This document shows positions 37,744 to 51,226 of a stretch of DNA of 64,000 nt, in pieces; position 1 is the first letter of the stretch; each line of letters opens with the position of its first letter. The position numbers and the translations under genes were made by a program. Where the stretch lies: the NCBI GenBank assembly GCA_013265495.1, contig MU058009.1:2730001-2794000 (forward strand). The letters are read 5' to 3'. Origin of the DNA: Vicugna vicugna. Its lineage: Eukaryota. The notes beneath the pieces were generated by a model. The model made no database searches, was not told the origin of the DNA, and worked only from the letters and a program-made list of their open reading frames with translations.

Positions 37744-38744
37744 GCTTTTTTCTTCCTAACACAGACTTGGTCACTAAGACTGATCTCAAATCCATCCTTT
37801 CTTTTCTCCATCAGCCACAGCCTTGGGCTACTTGAATAGCATCCTAAGTGGTCTCCTTAACTTTGGGCTCATTAGCCTTGAATTAATCTTCAATCATTAT
37901 TCAAACTGCCTAAAATCCAATCATCTGAGGCCAGCAGTCTTCCCTCATGCCTTAGCTACCACACTGAACAACTCTGAACACTAAGTTCTTTTCAGCATTT
38001 TCATGTATTGTTTGTACTGACTGATTTCAATGCATATACTTTAGGTAAGTATTATCTCCCATTACATTGATGAAGAAATTGAAACTCATAGAATAAATGA
38101 CTTACCCAAAGTCTTAAGGCTGGTAAACAGCAATTTATATCCAGATGCTAAGTTTTCTCAATGTGTATCTCACATTCTCAATGCTCTATTGAGCTTTTAG
38201 ATGCTTTAGCCTATCTTCCCCTCCTTACTCTTCAACATGATTCTCTCTGCTCCAGTCAAACTGATTCTGACTCATTTTCTGACCATACTATACATATTTC
38301 CACTTTCCTACCTCTAGTCCTTTTGGAATTCCCTTATTGCTCTCAAGAGGTCAAATACTACTCTATTCTGTTCTTCCTTCCACTCTAGATATCAGCAATA
38401 CCTTCCATTGTATGTCACTTTTAAGATTACAGTGTGTTTTTAAATATATTTTCTTTGGATCTTAAAAGCCTTATGAAGTAGACAAGGAAATTCTTTAAAG
38501 ATCAAGGAAAGTAAGTGGCCTAACAGGGCCTCAAAGTCGAGTACTCTGACTTTAATTAAATCCTCTCCTCATTTTATTAGTAAACTATGCTGTCTTTCCC
38601 TCCACTGAATTTATGCAGTATTTTCTGCTGTGGCCACTAATCTCGCATTTGATACAATACCAATTTAAGTTTACCAGGGTATATGCCCTGTTTCTCCAAG
38701 GACAATTTCAATATATTTTTGGAATCAACCATAACTGTGTTTTG

Positions 38745-39240
38745 AAAAAATCATTTTATAAATACTTGAGGTATAACTGACGTACAATAAGCTGAATGCA
38801 TTTAAAGTGTACAATTAGACCAGTTTTGACACATGCATCACCAAGATATTAAGGAACATTTCCATGACCCCATACATTTCTTCCTGCCTTTCACAATCTC
38901 TCCTTCCTGTCCTTCTCCAGGAACCACTAATTTGCTTTTCATTTTAGATTAATTGCACTTTCTAGAAATTTTATATAAATGGAATCAGACATCATATACT
39001 TTCTTACTCATCTGGCTTCTCTCACTGGATATAATTAGAGATTCTGAGATTCATCCATGTTGTCAGGCTCACTAGTTTCCGTTCCTTTTTACTGCTGAGT
39101 ACTACTATTCCATTGTATGGAAGTACCACAGTCTGGTTATTACCTAACAGTTGATAGACTTTTGAGTTGTTTCCAGTTTGGGGCTATTACATATAAAGCT
39201 GCTATGAACATTTGTGCACAAGTCTTCATGTGGACACATC
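38745..39240 (-). mobile_element. L1M 3'-end fragment
   Basis: gaggtataactgacgtacaata...ttgagttgtttccagtttggggctattacatataaagctgctatgaacatt. Confidence 0.75.
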
Positions 39241-40859
39241 AGTGGAGATTCTTAATCATTTACATGCGGTATACTCTTATCAATAACACTGCTTATTACA
39301 GTGCAGTGGTTCTCCACTGGGCATTCCTTTATGGACACAAAAGGATCACTGCTCTGTTGATCAGTAGAGTATTTTATGTACAACAGGTGATGAACTAACT
39401 GCTACAGATTTTGCTTTCTTACAGACTCTATGGTACTTGAGGAAAAAGGCTGAGCCTGTGTGTATTCTGTAACTGCCTAACACAGAGAGGGCATTTTTCA
39501 AAATGTTGAATAAATGTTTGTGGTTTACACTGCTTATTTTTGGAATAAGCATATTCTTTTATGCTCATTCACATTATCAACAAAAGTATAATTGCAAATG
39601 ATGAACAACAAAATAAAACCTTAGACAAAACAAATTTTTTTTAAAGTTTATTATGTACAACATGCAAATGTTTTATACAAAACCTGTCGATATAGCTCGC
39701 TTAGGAATGGAAGAGTCGTAACTCAAAGTAAAAGCTTTATGCTAAAATTACACAGAAATTTGAATAAAGTAGTGAAAATTACAATTCAACTACCTCTTTC
39801 TCCAGAAAGTTATTGTTAAAAAATTATTCATTATTATTTCCTTTAGAATCAAGTTTTTTTTGGGGCAAATATTATAGTACCTCATTATAAACTGTTCTTA
39901 AAATCTTGTCACTATGTTGTCAATCTAAGCAAAACTAAATGTCTATATTTTTCCATGAAAGGAACCATATTTTTTAGAATAGATTCATATGAGTACTCAT
40001 ATTTGAGAACATTAACACTAATAAAAGTGCATGTAACCTTATCTGACGATAGTTAACTCCCCAAGGGTCTTCCCTAAGTCTTTACTGAAAAGGAAGAATT
40101 CCAAATGAATTACTGTAACTGAGTAAAAAACTATTTAATTTTTCCTAACTAGCCACTTTTTAATCAAGTAAAGATTTTAATCATTTTACTACCTGAAAAG
40201 GTCCTTTCTAATTCAGAGCTTTGAGAAAGAGAAAGACTGAGATCTACCTGGAGTTAAACAGTAGCAGTCAAACCAATAACATTAAACTATTAGAATTTCC
40301 TCTTATTTGCTGGTAGCCACAGAGTCATGCTGACTGTTAATTTGCATATTCAGGGAAAATAAGTAAATATATATTGAGTAACTCCCAGTAAGTGTTCTTA
40401 TCTCACTCTGGTCCCATAATACTGGGAAAAGGACTTTTAAAATCCAGTTATAAATGAGGTAACAGGAGGTTAAGTTAACTCGCTCACATTCTTATAAGTA
40501 ATAAAACCAGATCTGAAGAAAGATCTGACAAAAAATTCAAATTCCCAGTCCCCTCTCCCCACCGCATCATGCTGCCATGTAGAAGAATTCAATCATAGTA
40601 CTTAAGCAGTATCAGCTATTAACATCGAATTATTTTATAAGACAGCAATTTTCAAGAAAGGCATCTTATTCAGTCTTTTGGATCCTTATAGGAGCAAGTC
40701 AAGTTCAAGTCAGTTTTAGTCAACTAGCATTTAAGAGCTCTTTGTTTCCCTGAAGAGTTTTTAAGTGTTCACACCAAGTACTCAGGAGTCCCACTGTGTA
40801 TGTGGACACAAGTACACTGGTTTTACCTAACACGCCTTTGCACTGTTGCCAACCTTAGA

Positions 40860-41266
40860 TGTGTCTTAAGGATTGACTGTGTGTGTCCCCTCAAAAGATA
40901 TGTTGAAATCCTAATCCACAGTACCTGAGAATGTTACCTTATTTAGAAATAGCTCTTTACAAAACTTATCAAATTAAACTGAGGTAATAAAAATATCTTT
41001 ATATAAAGTGAAATTCAAAGACAGATGCACAAAGGGAGAATGCCATGTTAAGATTGGACTTACACTGCCACAAGCCAAAGCACTAGCAAAAGTAAGGGGA
41101 GAGGCTAAGAAGAGATACTTCCCTCATGAGTTCCTTCCTTTAGAAGTAACCAATCTTGCAGATACCATAACTGCAGGCTTCTAGCCTCCAGAACTGAGAC
41201 AAAAATTTCTCTTTAAGCCATCTAGTTTGTGGTACTTTGTTACAGCAGCTCTAGCAAACTAATACA
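40860..41266 (+). mobile_element. MLT1A/B-type MaLR solo LTR
   Basis: tgtgtcccctcaaaagatatgttgaaatcctaa...gtttgtggtactttgttacagcagctctagcaaactaataca. Confidence 0.8.
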
Positions 41267-42112
41267 CATCTGCATTTCAAAATAATGTAAAATTTAACTG
41301 TATTAAATTTTAATGGACTAATAAACATTTCAACTAGAAGGCAGAGGCCAGGATTAAAAAAGCATGCCCAACTACATGCTCTTTATAAGAGACCTACTTT
41401 AAATAAAAAGAAAGATATGTTAGAAGAAAGACCATGCAAACAGTAATTATAAGAATGCTAGATTTTGCTGTCTTTAGTGTCAGAGTAGACTTCAGGACAA
41501 AAAGCATTACCAGAGACATAAAGGTGTATAGCAATAAAAAATGTATATGCACTAAAAACAGTGCTTCAAAATAGAATAAGCAAACACTGACAGAATTAAG
41601 GAGAAAAATAACCCACAATAATAGTTAGAAAATTTAACATCCTTCTTGGTAAGTGATAGAACTGGTCAAAAAAATGAAAAAAACAGTAAGACATAAAAGA
41701 TCTAAACAACACCATCAACCACCTTGACCTAATTGATATTTATACTGCAGAATATACATTCTTTTCAAGTACAAGGTATATACCAAGACATACCATATGC
41801 TAGGTTGTAAGACAAATCTTAGTAAATTTTAAAGGAATGAGTGGACAAAGAGTATGCTCGTTAATCACAATAACAAATTAGAAATCAATGAGTTATCAAC
41901 AAAATTCCACATTATTTTAAATAAAACACACTTCTAAATAACCCCTAGGTTGACGAAGGAATCAATAAAGGAAAGTGGAAAGTATTTTAAGTTGAGTAAT
42001 ACTTAAAGTACAACATTATCATGATTTGTGGGATGCAGCTAAAGTAGTGCATAGAGTAAAATTTATAGCTTTAAATATATATATTAGAAAAGGTCTAAAA
42101 ATCAATGGCCTA

Positions 42113-42445
42113 CCACCACATACCCTATCATCTCACACCCATTAGGATGGCTACTATAAAAACAATACAATAGAAAATAACAAGTATTGACACAGGATGT
42201 GGAAAAATGGAGCCCTTGTGCACTGTTGGTGGGAATGTAAGTGTAGACACTATGCAAAACAGTATGGTGATTACTCAAAAAATTAAACATAGAATTGCCA
42301 TACAACCTAGCAATTTTAACTCTGGGTATGTACCCCAAAGAATTAAAAGCAGGGACATGAACATATATGTGTATACAAATGTTCATAGGAGCATTAGTCA
42401 CAACAGTCAAATGTCTATTAACAGACAAATGGATAAACAAGATGT

Positions 42446-42493
<48 letters not shown>

Positions 42494-42872
42494 GAGTATT
42501 ATTTAGCCTTAAAAAGGAAGGAAATTCTAATATGTGCTATGATATGGATGAACCTTGAGGACATTATGCTAAGTGAAACAAGCCAGTCACAAAAGGACAA
42601 ACATTGTCTGATTTCAATTATATGAGGTCCCTAAAACAGTCAGATTTATAGAGATAGAATGTAGAAGGGTGGTTGCCAGGGGCTGGGGGAGACAGGAATG
42701 GGGAGTCACTGTTTAATGAGGACAGAGTTACATTACAGCTTTGTAGATGAAGAGTTATGGGGATGGATGGTGATGGTTCCACAACAATGTGAACATACTT
42801 TACGCCACTGAACTGCACACTTAACAATGGTTAAGGTGATCAATTTTTTATTGTATTTCACTACAACTGAAA
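42113..42872 (+). mobile_element. Younger L1MA/MB 3' fragment nested in the older L1
   Basis: L1 3' end (cacacccattaggatggctactat...gccagtcacaaaaggacaaa) flanked by the 16-bp TSD AAAAATCAATGGCCTA at 42097-42112 and 42873-42888. Confidence 0.88.
42448..42491 (+). repeat. (AC)22 microsatellite
   Basis: Perfect 44-bp dinucleotide run. Confidence 0.97.
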
Positions 42873-45800
42873 AAAAATCAATGGCCTAGGCTTCTACCTT
42901 AAGAAGCTAGAAAACGAGCAGGCCAAACCCAAAATAATTGGAAGGAAATAAGGCTCAGACAGAAATGAAATAGAAAATAGACAAATCACAGAAAAAATTA
43001 AAGTCAAAACTTAGTTCTCTGAAAAGATAAGCAAAATTGATAAGCCTTTAGCTAGACTGACCAAGGAAAAGAAGAGGTGGCAAGAAAAGTGTGGGGGGCA
43101 GTAGAAGAAAAAACCTGGGAAAGAGATATACAGAATGACCAGGATGGTACAATGTCCCAGAAATGAAGGGTATAGAGTATTTCAAGGAGGGGATGACAGG
43201 GTCAAAATCTGCTGATAGTTCAAATAAGATTTAGACAAAAGTCTATTCAATTTATCCACAAGGAGTCACTGATAACCTTAAAAGAGCATATAATAGAGAG
43301 GTAAAATGAGTTAGATGCTGGATTGTGATAGACAAAGATAAAGAATATGCAGAAATGAGGAAGTGAAAATTTTGAGTACAGACAATTCAATCTAAAGATA
43401 GGGCAAAGGCGTTAGCTGGAGGGAAAGAAGGGCTTGAGGAAGGACACTGGTATTTTTATAGAACGGGAGAAACTAGAGAATGTTTTTTCCCCCAGGTAAG
43501 CTTTTTAAAATTGTGCTAAAATACACAGAGAATTTTTTTTTTGAGTGTTGTTGGAAAAGACTCAGAGAAGAAAAAGTTAAGATAGAGAAAATAGGTAATA
43601 ACAGATAGCATAAGGGCTCTGAATAGGCAGAAAGAAGTTGGATTCACTGTTTGAGTAAAAGAAACAATGAATGAGACTCGGTAATAGAAAAAAAAAGTAA
43701 AGGAAGGGTGTAGTTACAGTCAAGTTTATAGGTGGGTGGTGAGAAATAGTGGGAGTTCTCGTCTGATAGCTTTGGATTTTATTTCCCTTTCAAGTTATAT
43801 GTAGAGGCTAGACTGCTTACAAGAGAGGTGATGTAAGTAGAATTTTGAGGAAAATGAAACATGAAAAAAATGTGTGGAGGAAAAAAAGGACAGCTAGGAG
43901 GCACTGAAGGCCCAAATGAAGTTGGAGATCACAAATTTCTAACAGCAATAATCTATGGCTTTTGAGTTACAGAATCTCAAGAAATTGTCAAAAATAATCA
44001 ATGGCTTTGAATCATTTTTTAGAAGAGTAATAACAATAATCATTAGTTAATACTTACATAGTACTTAGTATTTAACATGTACTAAGCATTGTTCTAACTA
44101 CTTTTTACACATTAAATAATTAAATAATTACCTACCTTTTGAGATAGATATCATTTGGTATCTCTACTTCACCAGTTTTTTTAAAAAAAAAAAGCAGCAG
44201 CAGCACGGAGAAGTAAAGGAACCAGCCCACCAGCACACAACTAGTAAATACCAGAGACAAGATCTGAGCCCAAGTGGTATGCTCAGCTGTACTCTTAACA
44301 CTACACTGGACTGCCTCTCAAAGTAAAGGTAAGTGAACCTAGTGGAAGAAATGAAGAAGAAACATACCAGGTGGGCCCAAAACAGAGCCAGTGATTCCTG
44401 TAAACAGAAAACAGTTCTCATAAGAAGTAGGGTTTGTATAGTTTTATATGGCACATAAAAGGCCCTAAAGATAAAAGAAACTGTCTTCAGACAGTAATGG
44501 GAAGCCACAAAAAGGAAATGACCAATGTTGGACAATCCAAAGCAGAAAGGAAGAAAACCAAAGAAAGAGCCAAGTAAAACGTAAAACCCGGTGAGTCAAA
44601 GTGTAAAAAGGAGAAAAACGTAAAAGTGGAAGAAACACACACACATACTCCACATACTAGTAAAGACATCAGTAAAGAGAAAAATGAAATGGAAGCAAAG
44701 TATGTCTGAATCCCTGAAAACTCTTACATTTCCTAATTTTATCAAACAGCACAAATAAAACATTTTAACAGAGGGTTGTTCTGAATATGCTTACTTGCAA
44801 ATAGTAGGTGAAGATACTTAGGTTAAGATCTGAGTTAAAAGAAAATAATTTTCAAAAGGAATTATCTGAAGTTGTTTCAGAAGCCAGAGGGTAGTAGTTC
44901 CACAAAATCCTGATTCCAGAGAGTCACAGTCTTGGTTATATGCTACCAAGATGTTTGTAGTTATGTTGAATGCATCAAAAACTATTAAAACTAAGTGAGT
45001 AACAAATTATGTCAACATAAAAAATATATACTATTTAATACCTGTAGAAGGCTAGCAATATGGAATACCGAAATTACAAGTTCTTTGGGCATAAAATATT
45101 TGTAATTTTAAGTTTTTTAAAAAAAGCCATATGATTAAAAAAAGAACATTTAAAATAGAGACAAAGATGTCCTAGAAAAGTGAGACAGTAAGTTTCATCC
45201 ACCAATTTTCACTCTTATTAGAATTATCAATGTGAAATACCACAGTGATACAAGTCAGTGATTTACTACAGGATCAGTTATGTAAAAATGCGCTGGCTAA
45301 GGTCACCTTTGGCGCTAATAATAATGTTAGTGAAGAAGTTAACATAATACTCATGTGCCCTTCAAGCAGGAGTAATATAAATTTAATGTATCTTTATATT
45401 TTTAAAGGCACATGTGTATTCACTATTTTAGATCCTGTGACTAAGAATCTAGAGATTTCCAGCTCATTGTCTAAAATGGGGTGAAGTCTTTCTAATATAG
45501 AGAACAAAGGAAAACTAATGTGACTTTCAGCTTAACAGGAGATGAATTTCAAGCAATCATTCTGAGGTACTTGGAGAACTATCTGTCTCAGTCATGAATG
45601 TGATTGTATTTACAGTAAAAACAGCCCATACAGCTTATATAAAGATATGCTCAACAGCAGTCTACAAAACATGAAACTACAGGGAAAATATACATACATA
45701 TTCATATATATAATAAAGATATTAAAATTATAGTTGGAAGGAGCCAAATTAACTAAGCCTCCTAACGAAGGAAACTCTTTTACAACAGTCTGATGCTTGA

Positions 45801-47189
45801 CCATTTTCAGTGACAGCTTTATCCTTTACAAGGTTATGAAGACTTAGTTTAAAACCTCCAGAATTTTATTATGAAAAATTTTAGATACATCAATATTTAA
45901 AGAACATTTACAAGTGAATGCCTTGATAGCCATACCTAGATTCTACCATGAACATTCGTCTACATTTGTTTTAATCACATATCTATCCATCCATCAATCC
46001 ATCTTGATTTCTGATGCTCTACTTTTCAAATGCCTATTAAAATGGTATCTAAATGCACTTTTCAAAGCAAGGTCTGACAAACTAAGGATACATGTAATAG
46101 ACATGACAAAGACATGAGCGCTTTGGCATGTAATCCATGTTGGTACAGGACAAACATCAGTCACGTACTTCAAATTAATTTGTGCTGAGTGAAAATTTAT
46201 CAAATTTTATGATTATATTTAGATGTGAGATGCAGCAAAGTAGTTAAGTACAACAGTGAAAACAGACTTGAGTGTGAAACCTGGATACTGCCCTTACCTT
46301 GCAAAGCAAGATAGCAGTACCAATAATAAAGGGTAAGGTGAGATTTAAATGAGATGTATAACATGCTTAGCACAGTGCTGGCTTTTTGAGAGGGCTCAAC
46401 AAATGTGAGCAATCATCATCACTGTATTAGTCCACTCAGTCTACCACAGCAGGCTCCAGCTGCCATGTGGGGATGCATATCTATGCTACTGTTGGTGGCC
46501 TTTTTTCCCATCACCTTATGTGTTCTAATAATCTTGGGCAGTTTATTTTACTGAGATTAAAGACAAAATGAGGCGGCAAGGGCCCAAAGCACATGCATTC
46601 TTCATTTTCCTACACCATCCCTTGAAGGAAAAAGATGTTTGCTCAGTTACCAAAAGCAGTGGTGGTGTACACTGAGGGAAACATACTATGGGCGCATCTT
46701 TTGCTGGATGATAGGCAGCTTATAAACTGCCTAACTGTAGTCTGCCTACTTTAGACAACCATTGATGGCTGGTTAAGTCCTCATTTGAAGGAATAATTAT
46801 AATTTCTATCAAATTTTGTGCAATGCAAACAATATATGCTATCTTCATTGATTACATGTCCAAATGCCTTTTATATTTGCAGACAGCATAAGTATGTCAG
46901 TTTTGTTGTGTGATATTCAAGTAGATGGATTCATAAAGCTTCTACCAACTACATGTCTCTTTTAAAGACATGATTTTCAAGTAAAGCTTGTAGAAATGAG
47001 CTTGAAATCACTTCTCCGCTCACCTCTAAAGATTAGTTGTAGTGCTTTCTCCTTGCCAGAGGAAATCATAGTCTAACTGCAAAATTTAAACTTCATATAA
47101 CACACTTTGTCCACTGTTACCCCTTCTGCAGTTAAGATATATGAGAATATTATTAGATTTTAAAAGGTATGGCAAATGTAAAGAACAGT

Positions 47190-49030
47190 TCATCTTAAAA
47201 AATAATCTGGGTGAGGTTTCTTTACGCATACTTTTAAAATATTATTTTGACTTTTGAACCTGGTATATATTTTATATGTTCAAAAATAAAATTAAAAAAA
47301 GAAAACCCTAAAATAAAAAATGAAACCAATGAACCATGTCAAATTGGCAGCATAACCAAACAGAGAAAAGTACTTCAAGTGACCCCTGAACATGGGAAGT
47401 ACTCTGATTATACAAACTTCATGTAATATATCCTAAGGACAAAAATAAACGCAAAGAAATACTGAACTTTACTCAGAAGTTTATTGTTAGTAGTAAAACA
47501 GGTATGGTAATTTTGAAATGATTTTATGTATACATAGAATAAAGCAAGTATGGTGATTTTATTAGGCACCAAGATATTAGTTTAAGACAAAAGAGACAAA
47601 TATAGAATCAGAGGGAAAGATCTATGTTAAACTTGAACTGGGTATACTGCTATGAACTTATGATTAAACAAATAAGCAAAAACCCATTTTTAGTTCTCTC
47701 TTCTGAAAGCAGTGACACTCTAGCGGCAATGAATATGCCAAACGTCCAGATCTTGGTTTCTATATACCATTTCTCACTAAAAAGAACCAAGATTCCATAG
47801 ACACCCATTCCAGATCTGGAACAAGGAAAGTAACAAGGCAAGCCTGGGATATCCTGTGCCAGAAAGCACTCCAAGGCTAATGGTGAGCAGAGTGTTAAAA
47901 AGATACAGAAGCCAGCTTGAAAGGGTTCCTACTTTCCTAATTTGGGAAAGTGTGATCATCAAAAAGAAAAATGACTAAAATGGTTATTAAAAAAAGGAAT
48001 AAATTAAAACCCATGAGTCCATAGCCGTATCCCCACAATAAAGAAAAAAGAACCTTCATTGCCACCATTGGGGGTGACTATTTCCCCAGCTCTTTACTCT
48101 GAATATTGGTAAGTAAAGGGAGAATATTAGAATTTTCTCTGCATTTTTAGGAGGAACTTTAGTTCACTATTAGTTAATGAAAGAAATCTTTCTGACAAGA
48201 AAATCTCCAATAAAATAACTGATTTAAGCAAGAGTCATCCAAGGGTGCTAAAATCACTGAGCAAAAGGTAGGCAGAAATTGGATATTTGCTCGGTATCCA
48301 AGTATTACCCCAAATCACATACAAATCACAAACAGGCAAACCACACCTATTGTAACAGATCTGGAAGTCACCACTTTCATCAAGTGGTCACATTTAGTAT
48401 GCTTAACAGTGTGGCAATCTGACATTATATATCTCCTATATGATGTAACTTGAAGTACACAGCATCATCTATTAAATGTTCTTGCCAAAGAAAGTTTTCC
48501 TTAAGGTAATCAAGTTTTCTTTAGGTCAAACTTCCCCTAACAGGAAATTCAGGAGCACAGGGAAATAAATTAAATGACACCATTAGGAAACAGACAAGCC
48601 AAGAATGTGGGGGCATTCTATAAGGGAACTCGTTTGGTCAATTAAGTGTCAGAAAAAAAGATGGGTACCAGTCTTCTAAAAAAGGGACTAAAGGCATAAT
48701 CACCAAATGCAATGCATAAATCCTGACTGAATGGGGAGGAGGATTTCCCAGAGACCTTGGAGTACTAAGAAAATCTGCATATGGACTGTTACTTTAGAAA
48801 GGTGTCCATAATGATACTGTGGTTAGTAGAACATCTTTAGTTTTAGAAAATGCATGCTGAAATATTTGAATGTCATAGTGTTCACAACTTACTTTCAAAT
48901 GCTTACACACAAGAAGGGAGGAGGGGGGAAGAATATGGCAAAAATGTTAATCACTGAAACTACATACTGCAGTATTCATTGTATTTTTCTCACCTTCCAT
49001 GAGACTGACATTTTTCATAATACAGTATAA
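47190..49030 (+). mobile_element. Old L1MC/MD 3'-region fragment
   Basis: atatcctaaggacaaaa, gcagtgacactctagcggcaatga, ccagatcttggtttcta, gaaaatgcatgctgaaatattt. Confidence 0.6.
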
Positions 49031-49049
49031 AGAAAGTGTACCCGCACTG

Positions 49050-49270
49050 AAAAGTACAGTAGAAAGCACACCTACACTGGAATTATATCTGGGTACAAAT
49101 CTCACCTTTATTACTTACTAGTGGTGTGGCCTAAGGCAAGTTGCTTAATATCACTTAAGTTTCTGTCTCATCTGTAAAACTCAGGTAATAATATCTAAGT
49201 CATCAAGCTGTTCGAGAATCAAATCAGATTACAATATGTAAAAAATGTCTAGCAGTGTTGTACAGAATAA
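49050..49270 (+). mobile_element. MIR
   Basis: acttactagtggtgtggcctaaggcaagttgcttaa...tctcatctgtaaaa. Confidence 0.65.
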
Positions 49271-50205
49271 GTAAATCTTGGTTTTCATAATTAATTAACG
49301 CAATCATCCTGAAATACAACGCTATAGTTAAACATTCCTTTCATTGTTGTCACATTCCATGATAAGGAAACTACATTAGGTAAAATTAAATATCCACTGA
49401 CAGTCTGCTTTTTGTGAAGAACTGTGAAGTCTGCTTTTGCTATTAGCCTCTATCCGAATAAAACGTAAAAAAATAAGTGGAAGTTAAAGAGAATTTCTTC
49501 CTGACCAACAGACAGTCCACTTATTTGTTAAAAAAATCTGTTTTTGTCTTCATTTCTGTAAATAAGTTCCAATAAAGCACACAATTTTTATTGGGCTTTA
49601 TTCTAAATTTCGGATGGCTTCATACAACCCATAAGCATGCAGTTTCCTTTCATAGGTTCTAACGTACCTGTCATTTCACTCGCAGGTAACCCCTCTGGCT
49701 GGTTAGGCCAGCAGAAAATGACTAGATGCAGAGTGATCCTCAGGTAGGGAAGAAAAAGAGGTGTGTGTGTGTTTTTTTTCCTTTCTTAAATTAGTGCCAC
49801 CCTTTTCTTTCCAGTATCAGAGAAACACAAGCAGGGGAGAGGAGGGAACAGTCGGGTCTCGGGCTCCCGGCTCCACCAGAGAGGAGGTAACACCCCGCCT
49901 CCCCGGGGTTAGGGTGTTGGGCAAACGCGCGTGCAGACGGGGGGGCGCCCTGGAAGGTCGGGGCAATTCCTGCCGAGCTGCGGGGCCCAGGGCCAGTGTC
50001 CTCCCCGGAAGATTAGATGCTACAGAGGAGACCCTGCGGGGTGTCTCTCCGAGCGGATGGGGGTGCCGAGGGCGGGCGTTCCCTTCCGTCCAGCGCCCAG
50101 ATGGGGGACGCGGGTGTCAGCCCCTCGGCGGGCGCGCTCGGCCCCGGCCCGGCCCTTCCCTCCCCGTTACCTGCGGGCGGCGGTGTGGGGCCCGGAGGCC
50201 TGCTG

Positions 50206-50262
50206 CTCCTCCTCCTCCTCCTCCCCGCCAGGCTGAGGCGGCGAGGCGGCGGCGGCGGCGGC
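50206..50262. repeat. (CTC)6 and (GGC)6 trinucleotide tracts in exon 1
   Basis: ctc x6 at 50206-50223 and ggc x6 at 50245-50262. Confidence 0.9.
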
Positions 50263-50327
50263 CCGGGGGGAGGGGGCGGAGCGCGCGGCTCGCTGCCTCT
50301 CTCCTCCCCCGGGAGGCGGAGGGGACC

Positions 50328-50378
50328 CTATCTCGGGCCGCCGCGCCTAGGCCCGTGGACAGCCTGCGGCTGGGGCAT
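50328..50378 (-). other. Upstream ORF in ZBTB44 exon 1 (MPQPQAVHGPRRGGPR*)
   Basis: GCCGCC-ATG-C context, 16 codons plus TAG, entirely inside the predicted exon 1. Confidence 0.55.
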
Positions 50379-50564
50379 GGCGGCACCGAGCGGCGGCGTG
50401 CCCGCGAGCGGCGGGAGGGAAGCGCTCCGGGCCCTGAGGGGAGGAGCGAGGGGGCCCGGCGAGCCGCGCGCGGGCGGCCGTTGGGGACGGTTGGCCGAGG
50501 GCAGGCGGTGGTTTGGGGAGCGCGGCGACGGCTCGCGTTTTCCCGGCGGGGCGGGGTGGGGAAG

Positions 50565-50646
50565 NNNNNNNNNNNNNNNNNNNNNNNNNNNNNNNNNNNN
50601 NNNNNNNNNNNNNNNNNNNNNNNNNNNNNNNNNNNNNNNNNNNNNN
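50565..50646. other. Assembly gap (82 N)
   Basis: Run of N inside G-rich promoter sequence. Confidence 1.
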
Positions 50647-51226
50647 GAGAGCGGGGGTGGCGGGGAGACGCGGGTACTGCGCAAGCGCAGAGGAGGCCGC
50701 TCCTGGTCGCCGGGACTGCAGCTGTGGGCGACTCGGTCCCCTGACGCACCCGGGGGTTTTGACACGGTCTCTACATCTTTTGCGTCTGTGCGCACGTGCA
50801 GCGTTACCTGCACACGCTGCTTAAGCCCTGGCCGGTTCGTCCTTCCTCTCGCCGTCCTGTCAGCCGGCTCTCCGCTTTCCCTGACAAACATTTCTGGGCA
50901 CGATTCACGCCTCTTGCATTTTTTTGATGTGTGTTTTCTCTGAACTAAAAACGAAACAAACTCCTGTTATCTCGAGTGGTTTCTGTAGCGGCGCTGGACC
51001 GGAACACCCCAGCCGCTTTCTCTCGGTGAGGGAGGTGAGCGGGTTAGTCAGACCATTTCTCACACGCGGAAACTGAGGCCTGCGGAGAGGCGGCCCCCGA
51101 CAGGTGAGGACTCCGAGAGCCCGCTTCCTCAGCAGACAGCCGACCGCCCGGCCGGGGCCCACAAGCCCACGGCCTTTGCGCCCCGTGGCGTCCTCTCGGT
51201 GCCCTAGATTGTTCTAGAATTTGCCC

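Larger units (their letters stand above)
41280..43070 (+). mobile_element. Degenerate L1 ORF2 (endonuclease region) fragment with a nested insertion
   Basis: A-rich L1 ORF2 segments (ccaactacatgctctttataagagac, cttgacctaattgatatttata, gggatgcagctaaagtagtgc, aaaattgataagcctttagctagactgac) with many frameshifts. Confidence 0.8.
50171..50564 (-). other. ZBTB44: ZBTB44 exon 1 (non-coding 5'UTR exon); 5' end uncertain, in or near the N gap
   Basis: Donor CCGCAG|GTAACG on the minus strand (GT at 50170-50169) inside the CpG island. Joins well to the acceptor at 30849. The TSS cannot be resolved. Confidence 0.75.

Noticed and set aside
42102..42558. ORFs with VCVC/HTHT runs and L1-like peptide
   Set aside because: Translations of the (AC)22 microsatellite and a degenerate L1 3' end.
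49761..50943. Overlapping long ORFs (327, 308, 210 and 187 aa) in the CpG island
   Set aside because: Low-complexity Arg/Gly/Pro/Ala translations on both strands that run through the N gap. This is expected from stop-codon depletion in GC-rich DNA.
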